Origin: an uncultured Faecalibacterium sp.
GTDB taxonomy: Bacteria > Bacillota > Clostridia > Oscillospirales > Acutalibacteraceae
Assembly: GCA_964448225.1 (NCBI GenBank)
Contig: CAYUVR010000001.1
Location: 37,721-101,720 of the forward strand
Reading direction: 5' to 3'
Length of the DNA: 64,000 nucleotides
Shown one piece after another: positions 8,594-18,201 of this stretch; position 1 is the stretch's first letter, and each line of letters starts with the position of its first letter. The position numbers and the translations under genes were made by a program. The notes under the pieces are model-generated. The model made no database searches. It worked only from the letters and a program-made list of their open reading frames with translations, and was not told where the DNA came from.

Positions 8594-8765
8594 TTTTTTC
8601 TTTTTCCTTTCAGATTCATTTTTTATGTTCAAAACAAGACAATAATTCAAATCTATCTTATATAATACAATATTCTGTCTTTTCCGTCAAGTGAGAAAAG
8701 CACCTTTTTGACTCAAAGCTGCAAAATATTTTGTGATATATCTTAATAAAAAGTACCATATCTTG

Positions 8766-8794
8766 TTGACAAATGTTGATATTTAAAGTACAAT
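8766..8794 (+). promoter_or_regulatory. Promoter of glpK
   Basis: TTGACA (8766-8771), 17-nt spacer, TACAAT (8789-8794). Confidence 0.6.
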
Positions 8795-8968
8795 AAATCT
8801 GTTAAAGAGATAATATCTGCGGAGATTTGAGAATGGAGAAAATCCCTTGAAACGGCACATTTTCTGAATTTAAAAGGCAGGGAAGAACTGCTCTTTTGTG
8901 CGTATTCATAGGAGGTCTGTTCTCTTTTTTTAAGTCACTGTGGATTTATTAAGGAGGAAAAGAAGAAA

Positions 8969-10483
8969 ATGAAAGAAAAACTCGTTCTTGCCCTCGATCA
9001 GGGCACAACAAGCTCCCGCTCAATTGTTTTTGACAAAAAAGGCACAATCATTGCCAAGGCTCAGAATGAATTTGAACAGATTTATCCCAAGGCAGGTTGG
9101 GTTGAACACGATCCGCTGAATATTCTTTACAGTCAGCTTAATTCAATCACAACTGTTCTGCGCTCAGGCAAGTTTTCTGCCAAGGATATTGCAGGTATCG
9201 GTATCACCAATCAACGTGAAACAACAATTCTTTGGGACAGAGCAACGGGCAAGCCTGTTTATAACGCAATCGTCTGGCAGTGCAGAAGAACTGCTGATAT
9301 GTGTGAAGAAATCAAAAAGGATAAAGAACTTTGCGATTATATCACAGAGCATACGGGCCTTATTGTTGATGCATATTTCTCAGCCACAAAAATCAAGTGG
9401 ATTATCGATAACGTTCCCGGCGTAAAGGCTCTTGCAGAAGCAGGTCAGCTCCTTTTCGGTACAGTTGAAACCTGGCTTATCTGGAATCTTACAGGCGGCA
9501 GAACTCACGTGACAGACTATTCCAATGCTTCGAGAACAATGCTTTTCGACGTTGATAAGTTCTGTTGGGACGAATATCTTTGCGAAAAACTCGGTGTACC
9601 GATGAACATTCTTCCCACTCCCGTACCCTCAAGCAAGGTTTACGGTTGGGTTGCAAGCGGTATCATCGGACTTGAAGAGCTTGAAGGCACACCCATCTGC
9701 GGCGCAATCGGCGACCAGCCCTCCGCACTTTTCGGTCAGGCTTGCTTCAAGCCCGGTATGTCCAAGAACACCTACGGCACAGGTTGCTTCCTTCTTATGA
9801 ACACGGGTGACAAGAGAGTTGCTTCAAAAAATAACCTTCTCACAGGTGTTGCCTGGAGTCTTGGCGGCGAGACAACCTATTCAATTGAAGGCAGCGCCTT
9901 CAATGCAGGCTCTGTTATCAAGTGGCTCAGAGACGAGCTTCAGCTTATCGATAGCCCCAGAAGATGTGACGAGCTTGCAGAAAGTGTGCCCGATGCAAAC
10001 GGTTGTTATCTTGTTCCTGCTTTCACAGGTCTTGGCGCACCTTATTGGGATATGTACGCAAGAGGCTGTATTGTAGGGCTTACAAGAGGTGTTAACAGAA
10101 AGCACATTGCAAGAGCTGTTCTTGAATCCATTACATATCAGATGACAGACCTTCTTGAAGCAATGAAAGACGATTCAGGCATTGAAATCGGCGAACTTCG
10201 TGTTGACGGCGGCGCATCTGTAAGTAACATTATGATGCAGATTCAGGCAAATATGGCACAGACAAAGGTTGACAGACCCAAGACTGTTGAAACCACAGCC
10301 CTCGGTGCTGCATACCTTGCAGGCCTTGCAGTCGGTGTTTGGGAAAATCTTGACGATATCGAAGCTAACCGTGAGGTTGACAGAGTTTTCGTACCCGAAA
10401 TGAGTATGGAAGAAAGAAACAAGATTTATGCAGGCTGGAAAAAAGCTGTTACCAGAGCTATGAACTGGCAAGAAAAAGAGTAA
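8969..10483 (+). CDS. glpK: Glycerol kinase
   Basis: 504 aa, FGGY kinase. N-terminus LALDQGTTSSRSIVFD and the block GWVEHDP...ITNQRETT. AAGGAGGAAAAG SD. Confidence 0.95.
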   Translation: MKEKLVLALDQGTTSSRSIVFDKKGTIIAKAQNEFEQIYPKAGWVEHDPLNILYSQLNSITTVLRSGKFSAKDIAGIGITNQRETTILWDRATGKPVYNAIVWQCRRTADMCEEIKKDKELCDYITEHTGLIVDAYFSATKIKWIIDNVPGVKALAEAGQLLFGTVETWLIWNLTGGRTHVTDYSNASRTMLFDVDKFCWDEYLCEKLGVPMNILPTPVPSSKVYGWVASGIIGLEELEGTPICGAIGDQPSALFGQACFKPGMSKNTYGTGCFLLMNTGDKRVASKNNLLTGVAWSLGGETTYSIEGSAFNAGSVIKWLRDELQLIDSPRRCDELAESVPDANGCYLVPAFTGLGAPYWDMYARGCIVGLTRGVNRKHIARAVLESITYQMTDLLEAMKDDSGIEIGELRVDGGASVSNIMMQIQANMAQTKVDRPKTVETTALGAAYLAGLAVGVWENLDDIEANREVDRVFVPEMSMEERNKIYAGWKKAVTRAMNWQEKE

Positions 10484-10547
10484 TTTAAGCTGTATAACAG
10501 TTTAGATATAAGTCAAAAATTATTTATAATAATAGGAGTGATTAACA

Positions 10548-11660
10548 ATGGGAAAGATGATTCTCGATTGGAAAACAACACATGATTTTATTAAAGATGC
10601 ATTCATCGGTGTTGGTGTACCCGCTGACGATGCAGAAATCGTAACAGATGTTCTTCTTGAATCTGACAGACGTGGCATTGAATCACACGGCTGCAACCGT
10701 TTCAAGCCCATCTACATTGACCGTATCCACGCAGGTATTCAGCAGCCTGTAACAAACTTTGAAATCGTTAAGGAAACCCCGACAACTGCAGTTGTTGACG
10801 GTCACCACGGTATGGGTCAGGTTATCGGTCACAAGGCTATGAGCATGGCTATCGCAAAGGCAAAGGAATACGGTATGGGTATGGTTGTTGTACGCAACTC
10901 AACTCACTATGGTATTGCAGGTTATTACACAACAATGGCAACAAAGGCCGGCTGTATCGGTATGACAGGCACAAACGCACGTCCTTCAGTTGCTCCCACA
11001 CTTGGTGTTGAAGGTATGTTCGGTACTAATCCCTTCACACTCGGCGTTCCCACAGATGAAGATTTCGACTTCAATTTTGACTGTGCAACTTCAATCACAC
11101 AGAACGGTAAGGTTGAATACTACGAAAGAATCGGTGAAGAAATCCACCCCGGCACAGTAATTGACCTTGACGGTAACCCTGTTGAAGGTGACGCAGGCGT
11201 TGCTCTTAAGAAAATCCGTCAGGGCACAGCAGCTCTCACAACTCTCGGAGGTATCGGCGAAGCTCTCGGCGGCTACAAGGGCTACGGCTTTGCATTGTTC
11301 GTTGAATTCCTTTCATCAATTCTTCAGGACGGCTGGTACGGTAAGGCTCTTGACGGTAAAGACGAAAACGGCAATATCCGTCCTTACCACCTCGGTCACT
11401 TCTTCATTGCAATTGATACAGAACACTTTATGGGTGAAGAAATTGCAAGAAAGAAGGCAGGCGACATCCTTCGCTCAATGAGAGCTTCTAAGAAAGCTCC
11501 CGGCGAAGACAGAATTTACACAGCAGGTGAAAAGGAATACGAAATCTGGCTGCAGAGAAAAGACAGCGGTGTTCCCATTAACGAGTCTGTTCAGAAGGAA
11601 ATGTCAAAGGTTCGTGACGACCTCGGTCTCACACAGTACACATTCCCCTGGGAGAAATAA
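10548..11660 (+). CDS. Ldh_2-family (malate/L-lactate/sulfolactate-type) 2-hydroxyacid dehydrogenase
   Basis: 370 aa with blocks SHGCNRF, VVRNSTHYGIAGYY and GTNPF typical of the Ldh_2 family. Confidence 0.8.
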   Translation: MGKMILDWKTTHDFIKDAFIGVGVPADDAEIVTDVLLESDRRGIESHGCNRFKPIYIDRIHAGIQQPVTNFEIVKETPTTAVVDGHHGMGQVIGHKAMSMAIAKAKEYGMGMVVVRNSTHYGIAGYYTTMATKAGCIGMTGTNARPSVAPTLGVEGMFGTNPFTLGVPTDEDFDFNFDCATSITQNGKVEYYERIGEEIHPGTVIDLDGNPVEGDAGVALKKIRQGTAALTTLGGIGEALGGYKGYGFALFVEFLSSILQDGWYGKALDGKDENGNIRPYHLGHFFIAIDTEHFMGEEIARKKAGDILRSMRASKKAPGEDRIYTAGEKEYEIWLQRKDSGVPINESVQKEMSKVRDDLGLTQYTFPWEK

Positions 11661-11672
11661 TTTAACCATTAT

Positions 11673-11702
11673 CAGCGAGCGACTTTTTTAAGCCGCTTGC
11701 TG
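11673..11702 (+). terminator. Hairpin between Ldh_2 and the malic enzyme gene (weak terminator or attenuator)
   Basis: 9-bp stem CAGCGAGCG/CGCUUGCUG followed by UUGUGCUUUG (poor U tract). Confidence 0.4.
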
Positions 11703-11750
11703 TTGTGCTTTGAAAACGAAGAAAACTATTTTTAATAAAGGTGATTAAGT

Positions 11751-12929
11751 ATGGATTATGCAAAAGAATCATTAAGACTTCACGGTGAATGGAAGGGCAA
11801 AATTGAGGTTGTTGCCCGTGCAAAGGTCAAGGATAAGGAAGCTCTTTCGCTGGCTTACACTCCCGGTGTTGCTCAGCCTTGCCTTGAAATTCAGAAGGAT
11901 ATCAACAAGTCATATGAGCTTACACGTCGCTGGAACACAATCGCAGTTGTTACAGACGGCACAGCAGTTCTCGGCCTTGGAGATATCGGCCCCGAAGCAG
12001 GTATGCCTGTTATGGAAGGCAAGTGCGTTCTTTTCAAGGAATTCGGCGATGTTGATGCAATTCCTCTTTGCATCAAGAGCAAGGATGTTGACACAATTGT
12101 TGACACAATCGCACTCATTTCAGGTTCTTTCGGCGGTGTTAACCTCGAAGACATCGGTGCACCACGTTGCTTTGAAATTGAAAGAAAGCTCAAAGAAAAA
12201 ACTGATATTCCCATCTTCCACGATGACCAGCACGGCACTGCAGTTGTCTGCTCAGCAGCTTTAATCAACGCACTTAAGCTTTCAGGCAAAAAAATTGAAG
12301 ACTGCGTTGCAGTTTTCAATGGTGCAGGTGCAGCAGGTGTTGCAATTGCAAAGCTTTTCCTTGCAATGGGTATCAAAGATGTTATTATGTGTGACAGAAA
12401 GGGCGTTGTTCACAAAAACAGAGAGGGAATTGAAAATGACCCTGCAAAGATGGAACTCGCTTCCTTCTCAAACAAGTCAGGCATAGCAGGCACACTTGCA
12501 GATGCACTCAAGGGTGCTGACATCTTCATCGGTGTTTCTGCTCCCGGTTGCGTAAGCCGGGATATGGTTCGTTCAATGGCTAAGGATCCTATTGTATTCC
12601 CCATGGCAAACCCGACACCCGAAATTATGCCCGATGAAGCACTTGCGGCAGGTGCGCTTGTTGTAGGTACCGGCAGAAGTGACTTCCCGAATCAGATTAA
12701 CAACGTTCTTGCTTTCCCAGGAATTTTCAGAGGTACTCTTGATGTCAGAGCAAGTGATATCAATGAAGAAATGAAAATGGCAGCAGCCAAGGCTATTGCT
12801 TCACTCGTTTCTGATGAAGAACTCAGAAGTGATTATATTCTTCCGGCCGCTTTTGACGAAAGAGTTGGCCCCACAGTTGCTGCGGCAGTAGCTCAGGCAG
12901 CAAGGGACAGCGGAGTTGCAAGAATATAA
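11751..12929 (+). CDS. NAD(P)-dependent malic enzyme (short form)
   Basis: 392 aa. Blocks LAYTPGVA, VTDGTAVLGLGDIG, FHDDQHGTA and GAGAAG (Rossmann motif). Confidence 0.9.
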   Translation: MDYAKESLRLHGEWKGKIEVVARAKVKDKEALSLAYTPGVAQPCLEIQKDINKSYELTRRWNTIAVVTDGTAVLGLGDIGPEAGMPVMEGKCVLFKEFGDVDAIPLCIKSKDVDTIVDTIALISGSFGGVNLEDIGAPRCFEIERKLKEKTDIPIFHDDQHGTAVVCSAALINALKLSGKKIEDCVAVFNGAGAAGVAIAKLFLAMGIKDVIMCDRKGVVHKNREGIENDPAKMELASFSNKSGIAGTLADALKGADIFIGVSAPGCVSRDMVRSMAKDPIVFPMANPTPEIMPDEALAAGALVVGTGRSDFPNQINNVLAFPGIFRGTLDVRASDINEEMKMAAAKAIASLVSDEELRSDYILPAAFDERVGPTVAAAVAQAARDSGVARI

Positions 12930-12986
12930 ATTTGTATTAGCAAAAGTATAAAAAAATCGGCATTAAAAATTAAAGGAGAACCATAA

Positions 12987-14159
12987 ATGAAAAAGGTTGA
13001 TTTAAAAAGCTGTGTCAAAGTTGCTGTAACAGCCTTTGCGGTTTATTTATGCATTCAGTATTGGCCTAATGCAGCAAGCATTTTGAAGACTTTGATAACA
13101 GCAGTTATGCCACTTGTCATTGGTGCGGTTATTGCTTATCCGCTGAATATTCTTATGAGCTTTTATGAGCACCACTATTTTCCGAAATCGGAAAAGAAAT
13201 TTGTGCTCAAAAGCCGCAGAATTATGTGCATAATTTTTGCGATTCTGACTTTAGTTGCCATTGTTGCATTGGTTATTGCTCTGGTAGTTCCTCAGCTTAC
13301 TTCCTGCATAAAGCTTCTTGTTGCACAAGTTCCGGACTTTTTGGCTTCAGTTGTTGAAAAGCTCAGCGAATTTGATTTTGTTCCTGAAGATATCATCGAC
13401 ACTCTTTCACAAATCGATTGGAAATCCAAAATTTCCGAAAACATCAAAGCCATTACCTCCGGCATCGGCAATGTTATGGATGTTGTTGTTGGAGCTGTGT
13501 CATCGGTAGTCTCCGGTGTAACGACGGCATTCCTTGCACTCATTTTTGCCATATATCTGCTTTCGGGCAAAGAAAAGCTTGGCTCTCAGCTTAAAAGAAT
13601 TATCAATCGCTATATACCCGAAAAAATTTCACGCAAATTCAGTTATGTTGTGTCCGTGGCTGACGATTCCTTCCACAAGTTCATTGTTGCTCAATGCACT
13701 GAGGCTGCAATTCTCGGCCTTTTATGTACGGTGGGTATGCTTATTCTCCGTCTTCCTTATGCAGCAATGATTGGTGCTGTTACAATTGTTACGGCTTTCA
13801 TTCCTGTTGTCGGAGCTTTCATCGGCGGAGGTATCGGTGCATTCCTCATTATGATGGAGTCGCCTACAAAGGCTTTGATTTTCCTTGTGTTCATTGTTCT
13901 TCTTCAGCAAATCGAAGGCGATCTGATTTATCCCAAGGTTGTCGGCTCATCAATGGGGCTTCCGAGCCTTTGGGTACTTGCCGCAGTTACTGTTGGCGGC
14001 GGAATGTTTGGCGTTTTGGGTATGCTTCTCGGTGTTCCAGTTGCATCAACAATTTACAGGCTTATCAAAAATGATGTGAATAAAACTCCTGAAAAGGCAG
14101 TTATAGCGACCGTAAAAAACGAACCTGACGACTTGACGTTGCAAACTGAAAAAGAATAA
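12987..14159 (+). CDS. AI-2E family (PerM/UPF0118) transporter
   Basis: 390-aa polytopic membrane protein. The C-terminal block QQIEGDLIYPKVVGSSMGLPSLWVL is typical of the family. Confidence 0.8.
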   Translation: MKKVDLKSCVKVAVTAFAVYLCIQYWPNAASILKTLITAVMPLVIGAVIAYPLNILMSFYEHHYFPKSEKKFVLKSRRIMCIIFAILTLVAIVALVIALVVPQLTSCIKLLVAQVPDFLASVVEKLSEFDFVPEDIIDTLSQIDWKSKISENIKAITSGIGNVMDVVVGAVSSVVSGVTTAFLALIFAIYLLSGKEKLGSQLKRIINRYIPEKISRKFSYVVSVADDSFHKFIVAQCTEAAILGLLCTVGMLILRLPYAAMIGAVTIVTAFIPVVGAFIGGGIGAFLIMMESPTKALIFLVFIVLLQQIEGDLIYPKVVGSSMGLPSLWVLAAVTVGGGMFGVLGMLLGVPVASTIYRLIKNDVNKTPEKAVIATVKNEPDDLTLQTEKE

Positions 14160-14165
14160 ATAAAA

Positions 14166-14200
14166 GGAGCTGTAAAAAAACGAGAGTTTTTTACAGCTCC
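14166..14200. repeat. Palindromic repeat, bidirectional terminator (copy 1)
   Basis: GGAGCTGTAAAAAAACGAGAGTTTTTTACAGCTCC: 14-bp stem, 7-nt loop. It matches the reverse complement of 44749-44783 at 32 of 35 positions. Confidence 0.8.
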
Positions 14201-14212
14201 TTTTCTCTTTTT

Positions 14213-15712
14213 TTAATCTTCGTCATAACCATTTGCGGTTGCAGTTTCAAAGATTTTTATAACTTCTTCAGAAGGAGCTTTGTCAATAAGACTTACCCCT
14301 ATGCAAGCGATGAGACCCGCAATGAAGCCGGGGAGAATTTCATATATTCCGGTGGATTCTGTAAGGAAGATGAGCCAGAGAACATCAACAACAGCACCGC
14401 ACAAAACACCTGCAATTGCTCCTTTATATGTTGTACGCTTCCAGAACAGGGAAAGAATAATAACAGGGCCGAAGGAAGCACCGAAGCCGCCCCATGCATT
14501 TTCAACCATATTCATAATTGACTGTGCACCGCTACCCTTGCTGTTTGCTATGAAGAATGCAATTACTGAAACAATTATAACAACAACACGGCCAATCCAG
14601 AGAATTTCTTTATCAGATGCGTTCTTTCTGAAAACAGGCTTGTAAATGTCACTTGTGAAGGATGATGAAGCAACAAGAAGCTGTGAGTCAGCCGTACTCA
14701 TTGCGGCGGCAACAATTGCCGAAAGAAGAAGGCCTGCAATAAAACCGGGGAACAAGTCAGAAACAAGAACAATGAAGATGTTTGCTTGCTTGCCTGCAGC
14801 AACAAGTTCTTCACCAACAAGAATTCTGCCCATAATTGCAATTGCTATGGCAGCTCCGAGCGAAAGAATAACCCAGATGATTGCAACTGTTGAAGATGTT
14901 TTAATCATTGAAGCCTTTTTGATTGACATAAATCTGACAAGAATGTGAGGCATACCAAAGTAGCCGAGACCCCACGAAAGACCTGTGATTATTTCTTGCG
15001 CAGAAGCATCAAAGGGGTTTGTGCCGAAATTATTGGCAACACCGTCGATGGTGAAGTTGAGCGCTTCTGCATTAAGCTCCTTTGTGAAAAGAATCATAAT
15101 AGGTACAGCAAGAAGTGCAACGAGCATCATAAGTCCCTGGAAGAAGTCAGTCCAACAAACTGCTTTATAGCCACCGGAGAATGTGTATGCAAGAATAATA
15201 ATTGCAAAAATAAAAAGTGAAAGTGTGTCCTTACCCTGAAGCTGAGGAACAACTGTTGAAAGAACTGTTGCACCTGCAACAAAGCTTGATGCAACATAAA
15301 TTGTGAAGAACACAAGAAAAACCACGGCACAGATAATCTGAAGTGCCGGATTGGTTGCGGCAAAGCGGTTTGTCAGATATTGGGGAAGGGTGATTGAATC
15401 ATTTGCTGCCTTTGAGAAGTTACGCAGTCTTTTTGCAACAAAAATCCAGTTGGCAATTGTACCGAGTGAAAGGCCGATACCGATCCAAACCTGACCCATA
15501 CCGAAAGCGAGAATGCTGCCGGGGAAACCCATCAGAAGCCAGCCGCTCATATCAGATGCCTGTGCACTCATTGCTGTTACCCAAGGTCCCATTGAGCGTC
15601 CGCCAAGGAAGTATTCTTCTTCACCGCCGTTTTTGGTGCGTAACATAAAAAATACGCCGATTCCCAAAACAACAATAAAATAGAGAATAAAAGCTAAAAG
15701 TTGTGATGTCAT
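14213..15712 (-). CDS. putP: Sodium:proline symporter (SSS family)
   Basis: 499 aa. N-terminal block EEYFLGGRSMGPWVTAMSAQASDMSGWLLMGFPG is typical of PutP. Confidence 0.85.
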   Translation of the reverse strand: MTSQLLAFILYFIVVLGIGVFFMLRTKNGGEEEYFLGGRSMGPWVTAMSAQASDMSGWLLMGFPGSILAFGMGQVWIGIGLSLGTIANWIFVAKRLRNFSKAANDSITLPQYLTNRFAATNPALQIICAVVFLVFFTIYVASSFVAGATVLSTVVPQLQGKDTLSLFIFAIIILAYTFSGGYKAVCWTDFFQGLMMLVALLAVPIMILFTKELNAEALNFTIDGVANNFGTNPFDASAQEIITGLSWGLGYFGMPHILVRFMSIKKASMIKTSSTVAIIWVILSLGAAIAIAIMGRILVGEELVAAGKQANIFIVLVSDLFPGFIAGLLLSAIVAAAMSTADSQLLVASSSFTSDIYKPVFRKNASDKEILWIGRVVVIIVSVIAFFIANSKGSGAQSIMNMVENAWGGFGASFGPVIILSLFWKRTTYKGAIAGVLCGAVVDVLWLIFLTESTGIYEILPGFIAGLIACIGVSLIDKAPSEEVIKIFETATANGYDED

Positions 15713-15867
15713 ATTAAAAAACCTTTCCTTTCTTTATCGTGGTAAAGCGATAAAATAATATTAACACAAAAAAGAATAAAAATCAACACATAATGAGGTT
15801 TTATACTCTCTTTATTCTTTTACTGCGGGAAAAAGGCAAAAATACGATAATGCAGAATAAATAAAAG

Positions 15868-15900
15868 GCAACCGACAGGGATTTTACCTTAGTCGGTTGC
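15868..15900 (-). terminator. Intrinsic terminator of the nucleoside operon
   Basis: GCAACCGAC/GUCGGUUGC stem. On the minus strand it is followed by CUUUUAUUUAUU. Confidence 0.65.
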
Positions 15901-15906
15901 ATCTTT

Positions 15907-16836
15907 TTATTGATAACTTATTTCGTAAATTGTTGTCACTTCCATATCAAGCACCACATCGGCGGTGAAGACACTCATTCCTCCCGTGCAGGCTACAATC
16001 ACCGGAAGTCCGATAAGAAGCTTTGTAAGTCTTCCGCTTGAATCAAGGCTTGCTGTGAGAGTCACTTCGGAATAGCTGATTTCAGCATTTTGAACACCGA
16101 TGGGGTCCATATCAAAGGTTGCAAAATCAAGCTCGTCAAGCACAGATGATATATTCGGGGTAGGTGTGGTTACACTGCCGTCAAAGCTTGCTGTTTCAGG
16201 TATAAGCTTGAGCGTGATTTCCTGTCCGCCGTCAATGTCTGCAATTGTGGCTGAGCTGACATTTGCCGATGACACGGCAGCACTTTCACCAAAGGGAGGT
16301 ATGGTATCAGTCACTTTTGTTTCCGGCTCATCGGTACGAACACCATTACGGAAGGTGTAATCCTCCAGGGTGTCGGGAACGATGCTTCTCATAACAGAAT
16401 TGATTTGCTCTGTGGGGGCGGGGAGTGAAAATTCAGTTATTTCCATCCGGATTTTTTCATCTTTGTGAACGGTGATGCTGCCTGTATATTGTTTGAGGCT
16501 GTTAACGGCATTGTTATATGTAGCACATACCGCATCGACAGTAGGCGCTTCGGTATAATGCTGAGTGGAAGCGGTGTTTTCTGCTTCGATGCAGCTTTGT
16601 GTCGTTTGGGTTAAACTCTGAGACTCCGTAGTGCTGATTGATGAGGTTTCCGCAGACAATGTGGATGAGACATAAATAGCAGTATCGGATGTCGGAGTGT
16701 TGAATTCTGCCGAATTGTTCTCATTTTTTTCATTAGACAGGTTTTTCATAATTGTACCGAACAAAAAGCCGATTGCCGCAACAAGCAGAAAAACAAGAGC
16801 AACCGAAAAAAAGTTATTCCGTTTGTTTTTATTCAT
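15907..16836 (-). CDS. Membrane-anchored surface protein of unknown family
   Basis: 309 aa: N-terminal TM anchor (FFSVALVFLLVAAIGFLFG), Ser/Thr-rich linker, about 200-aa globular part. AAGGAG SD 12 nt after the pdp stop, so co-transcribed. Confidence 0.65.
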   Translation of the reverse strand: MNKNKRNNFFSVALVFLLVAAIGFLFGTIMKNLSNEKNENNSAEFNTPTSDTAIYVSSTLSAETSSISTTESQSLTQTTQSCIEAENTASTQHYTEAPTVDAVCATYNNAVNSLKQYTGSITVHKDEKIRMEITEFSLPAPTEQINSVMRSIVPDTLEDYTFRNGVRTDEPETKVTDTIPPFGESAAVSSANVSSATIADIDGGQEITLKLIPETASFDGSVTTPTPNISSVLDELDFATFDMDPIGVQNAEISYSEVTLTASLDSSGRLTKLLIGLPVIVACTGGMSVFTADVVLDMEVTTIYEISYQ

Positions 16837-16848
16837 TTTTTCTCCTTT

Positions 16849-18150
16849 TTATGAAATGACTTTGTAAATCAAGGGCTTTTTCTCAGGTGCAATTTCGCTG
16901 AAACTGAGCGCTCTTAAGAATAATTCCTCAGCAAATGAAAGCTTTTCTTCTTTGTTTGTATAAAGCTCTGCAACAATATCACCTTTTTTCACATAGTCTC
17001 CTGTTTTCTTTTTGAGAATGATGCCTGCTGTGTAGTCGATAACATCATCTTTCTTTTCTCTGCCTGCACCGAGAATAACACTTGACGAGCCGATTTTTTC
17101 TGCATCCATAAACGAAATATAGCCGTCACAAGGTGAGAGAATTTCAAAGCCGTGCTCTGCCCTTTCAAACTTTTCGGTGTTTTCGATAAGTTCGGTGTTT
17201 CCGCCCTGTGCTTCCACCATTTCCAGGAATTTTTTATAAGCCGAGCCGTCACTGAGAGCTTTTCTGACATTAGCTTTAGCTTCTGAATATGAAAGATTCT
17301 GTGCGAGTCTTATAATGTTGGTTGCAAGTTCAACCGAAACCTCAGTAAGGTCGCTGTCAGTGCCGTTTCTGAGAATTTCAACAGCTTCAATAACTTCAAG
17401 TGTATTGCCGATATTTTTACCCAGAGGAGTGTCCATATCTGAAATTACGGCCGCAACACGTCTTCCTGCTCCCTTGCCGATTTCCACCATCTTTTCGGAA
17501 AGCAACACGGCATCTTTTGCTGTTTTCATAAATGCACCGCTGCCGTATTTCACATCAAGCACAATACATTCGGAGCCTGCTGCAAGCTTTTTGCTCATAA
17601 TGCTTGAGGCGATAAGAGGCATACAGCCGACTGTTGCCGTTGCATCACGAAGGGCATACAGCTTTTTGTCTGCGGGGGCAAGGTCACCGGTCTGTCCCAC
17701 AACACAAATACCTGTTTTCTGCACGGTGCGGATAAACTCTTCGGGTTCAAGTGCAACATTGAATCCGTCAATTGATTCAAGCTTATCAACAGTACCGCCT
17801 GTGTGACCGAGACCTCTGCCACTCATTTTTGCAACCTTGCAGCCGAGCGAAGACACAATGGGGGCTACAATAAGCGTGGTTTTGTCACCAACTCCGCCGG
17901 TTGAGTGTTTGTCAACGGTTACGCCGTCAATTTCACTCAGGTCAAGCATATCACCGCTGTGAGCCATTTCAGTTGTGAGAGTCACCATTTCTCTGTCAGT
18001 CATACCTTTGAGATAAATGGCCATAAGCAAAGCTGAGGCATGGTAATCTTTGATATCACCCTTTACATATCCTTCGATGAAAAAGCGGATTTCCTCATCC
18101 GTCAGTTCAAGTCCGTCACGCTTTTTTGAAATTATATCGTAAATTCGCAT
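16849..18150 (-). CDS. pdp: Pyrimidine-nucleoside phosphorylase
   Basis: Motifs KHSTGGVGDKTTL and SGRGLGHTGGT. Start set at ATG 18150 (MRIYDII) 8 nt after AAAGGAG. The ORF-track GTG lies inside the SD. Confidence 0.9.
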   Translation of the reverse strand: MRIYDIISKKRDGLELTDEEIRFFIEGYVKGDIKDYHASALLMAIYLKGMTDREMVTLTTEMAHSGDMLDLSEIDGVTVDKHSTGGVGDKTTLIVAPIVSSLGCKVAKMSGRGLGHTGGTVDKLESIDGFNVALEPEEFIRTVQKTGICVVGQTGDLAPADKKLYALRDATATVGCMPLIASSIMSKKLAAGSECIVLDVKYGSGAFMKTAKDAVLLSEKMVEIGKGAGRRVAAVISDMDTPLGKNIGNTLEVIEAVEILRNGTDSDLTEVSVELATNIIRLAQNLSYSEAKANVRKALSDGSAYKKFLEMVEAQGGNTELIENTEKFERAEHGFEILSPCDGYISFMDAEKIGSSSVILGAGREKKDDVIDYTAGIILKKKTGDYVKKGDIVAELYTNKEEKLSFAEELFLRALSFSEIAPEKKPLIYKVIS

Positions 18151-18201
18151 AGAATACACTCCTTTGCCTTCATTTTATCATTAAAGTGTAAAAAAGTCCA
18201 G

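Noticed and set aside
11785-12376. Long alternative-frame and antisense ORFs inside strong genes. Examples: 11785..12264 and 11891..12376 in the malic enzyme gene, 21380..22039 in the ABC ATPase gene, 27539..27991 in the PBP gene, and 51054..51707 in relA.
   Set aside because: These are shadow ORFs with low-complexity or unnatural composition. Each is fully contained in a gene with clear family motifs.
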